Part shown: positions 53,906 through 64,000 of the stretch, in pieces
Position numbering within the stretch: position 1 is the stretch's first letter
Layout of the letters: each line of letters starts with the position of its first letter
NCBI RefSeq assembly: GCF_009914755.1
Contig: NC_060930.1
Length of the DNA stretch: 64,000 bases
Strand: one strand, 5' to 3'
From: the human T2T-CHM13v2.0 reference genome, Homo sapiens
Program-made: the position numbers and the translations under genes
The notes under the pieces: model-generated
Database searches by the model: none
What the model was told of the DNA's origin: nothing
Seen by the model: the letters and a program-made list of their open reading frames with translations, nothing else

Positions 53906-56900
53906 AGTCTACAAAATAAGATTGGTGAATGTTCCCTTTATAAGGTACCCGGAAATACAGAAGGCCTTTATCTGTTTTTGAATCCCCTCCTGGAAATAGC
54001 TGGCACTGTGGACTTCAAAGCTCCGGGGTGTGGTAGTGTTGACAGATCTGGGTGTATGAGCAAGTCACTCAGCCTCACCAAACAGTTCCACATAGTGAGC
54101 AATCAGTAAATATGACTTTTCTTCTTTTCTCTACAAGGAAGCTTTATGTTGAAAATATTAATGTGTAAACCCTGCTGATGAGGGAAATTAGGTGCTTAAG
54201 ATCTTAGAGAAAGATCTTTACCTAGACTCAAATAAACCATTTTCATAAAGTTTAGTGCTAATGTACCAGAGTAGTTAACCAGTCTTCAGACATTTCCTCA
54301 ATGCTTAGCATCCTGATGTTGCTCCAGCTAAATTTGAAGTGTCAAGTTTTCTTTCCTACTTCTTCATCATCCATTGTTACCCTGAAATACTTGTTACCTT
54401 CTGTCTGTTTCTTGCTACCTTTATTGCATGTTTTCTATGCAATATAATTTTCATATAAAACAGACCTCCATGTACAAAATTAGAACACTGCCTCTTGAAT
54501 TCATATTTCTTCACTAACTCTAGCTTCATTTTTGTCCTAAGGCAATATAGATAAATGAAAAATAAATAAGCTGTCACCAAAAATTTTGAATTTCATGGTT
54601 TCCCTTTTCTAAAACAAATTGGCTTGAAAAATACTGAAATTGTCAATTAATTCCTTAACTCAAACATATGTTTCTATGCTTTTAATTCTGAATTCAACTT
54701 GTAAAATAGACCTCTTCTCTGATGTATTTGGGTACAATATTTAACTTTGTAGATTCAAAGAGGTGTATCTATCAATTTAACTGATAAAATGTTGACTAAC
54801 TGAGGGAATTTTCCTATATATGAATCCTAAAATTTAGAAAAAAATAGGAGAACACAGTTTTTAAAGAAAGCTGTTTGTTTTTTGTCTTTCCCTCGTAAAA
54901 AGATGAATGAGCCAATAGATAGTGACTATCCTTATTACACATGCTAGATGAAGGGCACAGTCACGTTCCAGTGGTATTCTCTACCCCAGGGAATGCACCT
55001 GAGCCATTTCTAATCTCTTTGATAAATGCTACTGCAGTTCAAGTTTCAGAATCAATTGGGAAAAAATTTGAAGTGGGACTTCTCCTGAAGCAGTGGCAGG
55101 TCTGTTCTAGACAAGCATACATAGTAAATCAGAGTTTTCATATTTCATTGCCTGAAACTAACTCAAACTGTCAGTATTTGGCCAGGTGTAAATCATGCAG
55201 TTAAGATAGAGGATAGCAAACAACCTGAGCTTCAATATTAGATACTGGAAAAGAATTTGAAGATCAGGCTCTTTGAGAAATAATCAATTGAGAAAAATCA
55301 AAGTTAATGCCACTATTAAGAAGGTTATAATGCCAAGTATACAAATTATAATATTAAAATAGAGCCAAATAGTAATTAGGTTGCATAAAAAATAATTATT
55401 ATTATGAGTGAATCTCTTTTAATGTATTAATTTGATTAAAAGAGTTGCTGAGTATGTGAGTTACAAAGGCTTACATTTAGAGATAAAAATAATAAATATT
55501 TATATGAACATAAAATAATCTGAATATCTACTGGTAGTTATAGGTCCTCTTTTATTGCCACTGATTTTTAATAGATAGAAAATTTACATTGGTACTAGCA
55601 ATACAGAGGTCTCTGCAGTCTAGTGCAGGATCCCTATTTATGTTCTTTCTTAAGGGAAGGCTTATGAGTCCACCTGAGGGTAAGGACACACACATTTCTT
55701 TTCTCTCACCTAGATAGTGCTGAATATTTACAAACTAAGGGACATTTAGAGCTATAATGAGCCTTAGAATTCATCAGTTCAAGCTTTTCACTTTAGAGAT
55801 GAAGAAACTGAGGCTGAATAATGATTTTAATGACTTACTGAGGATGCAGCATGACATCTCAAAAACTTCGGGATGGAATTCAGAGAGCTATGAGTTTGAC
55901 TCCTACTCTACAAACTCCATTTTATTAATCTCCCTGTGCCTCAGTTTCTTCCTTTATATGTGGAAAAATAATATGAAATGTTCTCTCTCTCTTTTTTTTT
56001 TTTGAGAGAGCTTTCCATTGTTTTAGCCCTGGACTCACCTCTTCATAATTTAAACCTTGGAACCTCCATTTGTCCTGGAGTTAGTTATCATATTAGACCA
56101 AGTAACAGATTCCTAGCTTTTCAGCTCAACAGGTAAGGTCTAAATACAAGACTGAAAAAGATAAAAGTAGAATTAGTTGGAGGATAAGTTGTTTCCTGGT
56201 TCTTCTCTAGTACTTCCCCCCATATCCTGCCCATTTGATAAAGACCATATGATCTGAGGAGTGAAAAGAGAATTGGGGAGTAAGGAGTCCAGCAAGGAAG
56301 TTGGCCTGTCTCTTCATTCTGTCATCTTGCTATTTTAGAGATACTTGGAGGACTTCTTCTGTCCTCTCTGAACTGAAGTGGCTAACAAACTTGCTGGTGT
56401 TCCTCTAGCCTTAATAGTGATAGAACAGAGATAGAGTAGGAATGTTAGGGGCAGAGTCAATGCTCATCAAGAGCCCCAGGTCTCCCACGGCCAATATAGC
56501 AGAACAAGAGAACAACTAAACATTTCTTTGCCTTTGAAAAAGGATCAAAGGCCTGAAGAAGGGCTGTGCATAGGCCAGCACAACCAATGGAGACTAGAGA
56601 TCAAAATCAGGAAGAACTACCTGAACTATCTCCTGGCATGATGTCCCAAGGTCAGGCAGGAGATCTGACACCTCTGTAGAAGTAGCAGGGTTAGAAGCTA
56701 AAGACCAAAATAATTAAAATCCCATCAATTGATGGTTCTATATCTCTGTGAGGTCCAGTAGAAACAAGGTCACTCATGTACTCTTTGCCAGTGCTTAGTG
56801 ATATTTCTTAAAGACCCTTTCACATCTTGGGTGAACATTAGAGCTAGTGGCTTGCAATGGGCAGGAGAACAAATTAAAATGCATGAAAAGTTACAGAATT

Positions 56901-57000
56901 TCACTACGCTTACCTGAAAAATGACTAGGTTATGTTTACTTTATGTGACTGATTAAGAACTTTGAATCAGAAATTAGACTGATTAATAAAAAATAAAGTT

Positions 57001-57274
57001 ACCTGTAATCTCAGCACTTTGGGAGGCTGAGATGGGCAGATCACCTGAGGTAGGAGTTCAAGACAAGACTGGCCAACGTGATGAAACCCCTTCTCTACTA
57101 AAAATAGAAAAATTAGCTAGGCATAGTGGCAGGAGCCTGTAATCCCAGCTACTCAGGGGACTGAGGCAGGAGAATCACTTCAACCTGGGAGGTGGAGGTT
57201 GTAGTGAGCCAAGATCGCGCCACTGCACTCCAGCCTGAGCAACAGAGTGAGACTCTGCCTAAAAAAGAAAAAAA
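57001..57274 (+). mobile_element. AluSx-like, slightly 5'-truncated
   Basis: Starts ACCTGTAATCTCAGCACTTTGGG; degenerate TSD AAAAAATAAAGTT/AAAAAACAGAGTT. Confidence 0.9.
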
Positions 57275-57317
57275 CAGAGTTTTGCCCATGTGAGTATTTG
57301 AGTGTAAAATAGTTACC

Positions 57318-58468
57318 TGTATTAATTTCCCAGTCCTGCTGCAAATAAATTATCACAACTTAGTGGCTTAAAAACAATATAAATACATTATTTTATAGAT
57401 GCTCTGGGTGAAGAATGAAAGGGTTATGTTGTCCACATCAGTGGTGGGAACCACAAATAAGATTTCCCCTTGAAGCAGGGTATCTTGACCCAAGGCTGTA
57501 TCTGCCTGTGACTAAGGGGTATTCCTGTTTTAGACCAAAGAGAACTGAAGAAAGAAAATGCAAATCTGTTTAGGGTTGCATTATGGATGCCAATCTGAGC
57601 ATTCTTAACACCGTTTTTGTAAAAGAGAGAGAGAGAGAGAGAAGGATATTCCTGGACTGACTGATACTATGGTGCCTCATTGCCTGAGGCCCAAAAGAGC
57701 TAGCAGAGTCTGCAAACTTTTCAATCTGTCTGAAAAAGATGATGTCTGCCAATATGTTGTAAAAAAAAATTTTTAAAAAAAATTTAAAAAAAGCCCTCAA
57801 AAAAAGAAAGTAAGAAACCTGGGGCCAAAGCACCTGAGATTTTTACTACATGTCCTGAAGCATAAATGCTGGCATATTTCTCTGAAGAAACAGCTTACTA
57901 AGAAAAGTAAGGAAGAGGTTGTAGAATATGCTAAGCTTTTGGCCAAGTAAATGAAAGAGGCTAAAAACAAAAATAAAACCATAGCAAAACAAAAACCCAC
58001 CAGGAACACAGACTGCCCTCTCTGTGAGCTTCTACTTGTCTGAGTCTAGTCAAAAGCCAGTTTTTTTTTTTTTTGAGTAACAAATAAATAGATCAGTCTC
58101 CCTCACAAAATTGCTAAATTAAATTAAATCAAGGTGTTGGCCAGCTGCATTCTTTCTGAGGTTCCAGGAAAGAATAGGTTTTCGGAGATTCCTGCATTCC
58201 TTGGCAGATGATGCCTTTCTCCATCTTCAGAGACAGCAGTCTAACAACTTCAAAGCTCTCTCTCTGATCTTTTCCCTGCCTTTTCCATCTTTCCATGCAC
58301 CCTTGACATTATGGTGGGTCCACCTGGATAACGTAGGATAACCTCCTCAGGATCCTTAATTTAATCACACCTGCAAAGTCCCCTTTGCCATGTAAGGTGA
58401 CATCTTCACAGTTTCTTGTAATTAATTAAGATGTGGATATTTTGAGGAGCCATTGTTCTGCCTACCCA
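57318..58468 (-). mobile_element. MLT1 (C/D-like) MaLR LTR split by the RPS6 retrocopy (parts 57318-57397 and ~58126-58468)
   Basis: Left part TGTATTAATTTCC...AAATTATCACAACTTAGTGGCTTAAAA; right part AAATCAAGGTGTTGGC...CTGCAAAGTCCCTTTGCCATGTAAGGT...TTCTGCCTACC. Confidence 0.8.
57398..58100 (+). pseudogene. Processed pseudogene of ribosomal protein S6 (RPS6), 5'-truncated; probably the annotated RPS6P7
   Basis: Translates in pieces to RPS6 ([48 protein letters not shown]); intronless, with stops and frameshifts; ends with RPS6-like 3'UTR GAGTAACAAATAAATAGATCAG. Confidence 0.93.
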
Positions 58469-59055
58469 ATATTTCTCTGTGTGTGTGTGTATGAGAGAGA
58501 GAGAAAAAAATAGTGTGTATCACAAACAAGTGGTCAATTTAAATATTCAAGCTTCTATCCTCCAGATTAGCAGTTGGTTATTAAAACCATTTATTAAGCC
58601 ATGAGAATCCTGATTACTTTCAACTGCATAAAAGAAGCCTACCTTGGCTAGAAAAATGAATGTAGAATAGCTTCGTTTGATCAAATACAAGAATTAGAGT
58701 ATTATTCCTAAGAAAAATTTTGTTAGATATTTATAGCTACTGAATCTTTTTTAAACATAAAACGAAAAACCAAGATTCATCATCTCATTAAAAAGAAATG
58801 CTTTTCCTCTCCAGACTGACAGTTTCCTTCACTGCCTGGTCCTAGCCTGTTTACCTACCCTTCCAATCCATACCTTTCTTTCATTTCTCCAGTTCAAAGC
58901 AACATTTAGCTTTATTAACTCACCTGTCATTCTCCGAAAAACATCTCTTTTGGCTTTGTTTATGCCCTGCACTCCACTTGCAAAGAACATTAAAAGTTCT
59001 TAAAACCTGGCCATACAACACTATCCTCATCTTTTAAGACTATAGCAAGTTAGCC

Positions 59056-59479
59056 ATACATTTTAATGAACAGAGTATGTAAATATGATAGTTCTCCTAT
59101 TTATTAATACAGAAATTATTGGAGAGAAGGATTTTCAACAGAAGTCACCTCTTTTTCAATCCTTCAGTTCTCAAGAAGTGGAGCAAATACTATCTTTATA
59201 TGCTGGGAGATCCCAAATAAATAACTAAAACACCTCTATAGTTCTGATGAAGACTTTTACTCCATGCTTCAAAAATTCATTTATATTGTTTCTCGAGTCG
59301 CTATGCTCACAGTTTTGTATTAAAGGATGCAATTTAAAAGGAAACCAAAATACAAATAAACCAATAACCCTACAATCAGCATGTAACCGGAGACAGATTA
59401 AAAAAAGAATTTGCATTAGAGCTCCTGCTGGTATATATGTGCACAAAAGAGGAAAAATACTTTGAACTATAGGGCAGAG
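59056..59479 (+). repeat. Direct duplication, copy 1 (424 bp)
   Basis: About 22 substitutions and 1 indel versus 59838-60260 (manual count, ~95% identity). Confidence 0.95.
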
Positions 59480-59837
59480 CACTTATAGCAAATGTTATGT
59501 CTCCCATGACAGTTTCTAAGTTGCATTATACCACAGGTTGAATTAATTTCTCCTTCCCCAGGTCACTCTCTGCAGTTTTTGTGCCCCTACTTTGGAATTT
59601 TTCTTTATATACCTTGATTCTGTGTATCACTTCCTTCTAAAGTTGTGAGTCTTGGGAAGCCAGAAATACAGATTCAATCATCATGATATCCCTTACTGTG
59701 GGAGTGGGTGATGTGAATAATTAAGACACATATTAGGTGCTCAATAAATATTTCTTAAATTGAGATGGAAGAGGATGATCTTAGGTTACAAAAAGAAAGT
59801 CAGAAGAAATGCAAATTTCCTTGAAAATTTAAAGTCA

Positions 59838-60260
59838 ATACATTTTAATGAACAGAGTATGTAAATATGACAGTTCTCCTATTTATTAATACAAAAATTA
59901 TTAGAGAGAAAGATTTTCAACAGAAGTCACCTCTTTTCCAATCCTTCAGTTCTCAAGAAGCGGAGTAAATGCTATTTTTATATGCTGGGAGATCCCAAAT
60001 AAATAACTAAAACACCAGTATAGTTCTGATGAAGATTTTTACTCCATGCTTCAAAAATTCATTTATATTGTTTCTGGAGTCACTATGCTCACAGTTTTGT
60101 ATTGAAGGATGCAATTTAAAAGGAAACCAAAATACAACTAAACCAATAAGCCTACAATCAGCATGTAACAGAAGACAGATTAAAAAAGAATTTGCATTAG
60201 AGCTCCTGCTGGTATATATGTGCATAAAAGAGGAAAAATATTTTGAACTAGAGGGCAGAG
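59838..60260 (+). repeat. Direct duplication, copy 2 (423 bp)
   Basis: Same alignment as copy 1. Confidence 0.95.
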
Positions 60261-60585
60261 AAACACAACAGTAGGTATTTAAGGGGTGCATAGCATGATC
60301 TCAACCACCCCTGGTTGCTGATGATTGTCGCCTAGCCTATTCAATGAGATTCTGTCTAATACACGGGAAAAATTAGGCCCCTCACCCACCCTGGAACCAT
60401 AGTCAAACATTAAAAATAACAGAAATAAAACAGATAGTGAAAATTACCTTTTTGAGAACATAATAAGTAAGCTTTATGCCAGTTTCTGCAAATTAGCTTC
60501 TTGATTCTGTGTGTTGGAGAGAATCCTGGAGCCACATACAGGGTCAGTAAAAAAATGTAGTATGGGAAAAGCTCATGTTGGTAGG

Positions 60586-60988
60586 TGTATTAGTCTGTTC
60601 TCACACTGCTATAGAGAGATACCTGAGACAGGGTAATTTATAAAAAATTTAAAAAGAGATTCAATTAACTAACAGTTCTGCAGTCTGTACAGGCTTCTGC
60701 TTCTGGGGAGGCCTCAGGAAACTTACAATCATGGCCAAAGGGGAAAAGGAAGCCAGCACATCTTACATGGCAGAAGGAGGAGGAAGGGAGAGTGAAGGGG
60801 GAGGTGCTACACACTTTCAAACAACCAGATATCCTGAGAACTCTATCACAAGACAGCACTAGAGGATGGTGCTAAACCATTAGAAACCATCCCCATGATT
60901 AAAACACCTCCCACCAGGCCCCATCTCCAACACTGGGGATCACAATTCAACAGGAGATTTTGGTGAGGACAGAGAGCCAAACCCTATC
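60586..60988 (-). mobile_element. MSTA-type MaLR solo LTR
   Basis: TGTATTAGTCTGTTCTCACACTGCTATA...CCAAACCCTATCA; perfect 5-bp TSD GTAGG at 60581-60585 and 60989-60993. Confidence 0.92.
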
Positions 60989-63784
60989 AGTAGGAGTGAG
61001 GGTAACAGCACACAGGCCATCTATTTACTTGTGAGGATCTAGGAACCTGCAGATGGTCACATGGGTGTTTACATTCAGCTCAAGGCACTCATTTCTTAAC
61101 TCCCACTATGAAATTTTGATACCTACACTATGTTGAATCCAGGAACCACTAGGCAGCTGAATAGCAATTCATGATAGTGAGGCCTCAAAATATTCCATTC
61201 TAATCTGTGTCAAGGAGTTTATATCTCTGCTTTCCAAATAGAAACTCTGGCCTAGGGTGTGCAACTACTTACATGGTGCGAGGTACTACCTCCAAATGTG
61301 GCCTCTATGCAAACATTCAACAGCTTTTCATAGCTCTTTCTGCATTTTTCAATGACAGATAACAATAGCAGTTTAATTTTGGAGTTACAAGTTGTCATTT
61401 TAATATGCGTTATGATACACTCTCAAATTTTATTCCCCTAAATTGTTTTCATTTATGTTATAAAAATAATTCTTCTGTCCCGCTCTATAAACCTCACTAA
61501 GTTCTATTCAAGCCTGCCTCCTCACACCACCATAGACAACCCCAACACACAAAGCTATTAAAATAATTAGTCGATAAGTTATTCCTTTATTAAAAGGGAT
61601 TTTACAGTCTTCATTTTCAAATATTTCACTAAGTAAAAGGTTATCTAGATGGCTAATAAGGCTGATTCTCAAAGATGGCATATATAACCACAAGTTAAAA
61701 TATTTGGTTTCATATTTGTTATAGTAAAGACAAAAATTTATGCTAAAGAAAATAAGTAAATTATTATAAGACTACTAAGGTCTAGGACATATTAAGTTTA
61801 AAAAGAGATCATTAATGGTTAGGAACTAACCCAGCACATTCTTTTGTGAACTTAATATATGTTATAATAAATACATCTTAATTTTTTGACAATGAGATTT
61901 TCAACTTAGGAGTGGGGAAAAAATTGATCAGACTTAGTCATGACTGCCATGACAAGAAGAGTTGTGAAAGTACATTTTATATAATCAGTTCATATATATT
62001 CTTTTTCTATTTCATTGGCACAGAGGAGAAAAAGCCCTAATTAGTAATATTGTACTTCCCCAGGAGACAATATGTTGAGGTCAATGATTAATTACATTTG
62101 GGAACAAATTGGCAAACCCTTTATTGCTTTCATGTTTATCAAATAATGGATATTGAAAAGACTGTACATCAATGTCCATTTAAAACTACTAAATATCTGG
62201 GAAATAATTCTGTGTGAAAAACATAAGTATAAGCTATTGATTTCCCTCAAAGACATAATGCATTGGGGTAAAATAGAAAAGTGAAGACAATAGAATGTAT
62301 ACAATATTACAGCTAATTTTATTTGGATAACAAAATTGGTAATGTCCACTGAAACTCTAGATCCCCAAAGAATAGTTCCGAGATTCCATCTTATTGACTA
62401 GAGATTTGCGGCATATCTTAGAGCAAGTCAATAGTATTCTTGGATATAAATGCATTGACTTAGGCATTATTTACCATAGTACCTAAAACTTTAAAAGAAT
62501 ATTTAGGATCTTTGTGGCACCCAAGAACCTGTCTCTCTCTTTCACTCCAAGCTGCTCTGTTTGGGACAACAAAAAGAGCCTCTAGCATGCTTAACATAAA
62601 AAATGACAATTTATTGTTGAAAGTCAATCAAACTGCTCATGTTAAAACTGAGCCTGGCACAGCTACATATCCCGCACCCCATCCACATTTAAATGCTCAA
62701 ACTATCAATATGACGCATCCAACTTACAGATCATGATTGGACTTGAAAAGTAACATCAGCATCCAGAGGCACAAGGACGAAAAGACAGGTGGCAAGATCA
62801 GCCTAACCTGGCTGGAAAGAGGATTTTGTCACTGACATTATGTAAAACTGCTGGTACATGGTATTCTTGGAAAGCATTCTGATATGTTGTTAGTTTTATT
62901 ATTGTTTTTGTACTCTCTGTGGATACTGTAGCTCATTGTTGCATACCCTGGTGGACTGCTCCCACTGCCACACTCCCACCTCTTCAATCACTTAGCTTGC
63001 TATTGTCAGCATCTATGTTCCAGAAGCAGCATTCCTATTCTCAATACAGTTATGCTACATACCTATCTTAATCTTAACTACTAGGGGAAAGGTGGCTTGT
63101 ACATAGCCATGAAGCATAAGGAAAGGAGAAAAGCTAATATAAAAATGTATTGTTGAGATCACTGCTAGGGCAACAGAGGCTCAATTCCATTGACATGCTG
63201 AGAAGTATACAGAAGGCCTCCCAGAATTGTTCAACTTAATGGTAGGAGCTGTAGTTTTATTCACCAGCTTCCATACTGATTTGCAGAACTTTGCCCCAGG
63301 ACAGTCTAATGGATTTCTCCTGCTTTCCTCTCTTCATTTTCTTCAAATTTGATATTAGTTATCATATTAGCAGTAGTAGTTGTTTGCCATTTTTATTCAT
63401 GCAGCTAGAACCAGACTCAGGATAAGGTGGTGTTATGTAAGCCACCACTTATCAGACATCACTTTGATTTCACAATATTCACAATGCATTACAGTTTTGT
63501 AGTGACTTCTCAAATGTATTTATATTTAATTTTTACAATCACACTATGTTTTTTTCTATCATTATTGTCATCATAATTCTCACTTTAGAGATGAGAACTC
63601 CTTGCCTAAAATCAACACAATTAATAATTTGTACGGCAATAACTGAAACTCATTTGTATTACATTATTTGTATTTTCTTCTTTCTACATTATATTTTCTT
63701 TTTTAAAAGAAATAAGTCACATATCTACCCATTTGATATTTTCACAATCTATAAAGCATACTGATTGGATTTTTTAAAATTTTA

Positions 63785-64000
<216 letters not shown>

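Noticed and set aside
59225-60291. Paired similar ORFs suggesting a duplicated small gene
   Set aside because: They simply reflect the 424-bp duplication; the frames diverge at an indel and there is no gene structure.

Overview
Primate, very likely human, genomic DNA containing the intronless serotonin receptor gene HTR1B (5-HT1B; known location chr6q14.1). The CDS is on the minus strand at 24863..23691 (390 aa). It has a CpG-island promoter with an upstream TATA box and a ~1.3-kb 3'UTR ending at an AATAAA plus GU-rich element. The rest is AT-rich intergenic DNA with Alu, old L1, L2/MIR, MaLR/ERVL LTRs and DNA-transposon relics. It also holds one internally deleted ERV1 provirus (both LTRs, tRNA-Ile PBS, PPT, 4-bp TSD), a 5'-truncated RPS6 processed pseudogene inside an MLT1 LTR, and an ~870-bp CATATATAT-type tandem repeat. 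All other ORFs in the supplied track look spurious. I see no new protein-coding system. The most interesting signals are post-transcriptional elements of HTR1B: a 15-nt perfect miR-96 match, a 3'UTR G-quadruplex, upstream ATGs (one at the A-161T SNP position) and a candidate 5'UTR intron. Also notable are DNA-repair traces: a gene-conversion tract between the ERV LTRs and a 424-bp templated insertion into an L2. Repeat subfamily names and SNP identities are recalled from memory, mismatch counts are manual, and repeat boundaries are approximate unless a TSD is cited.
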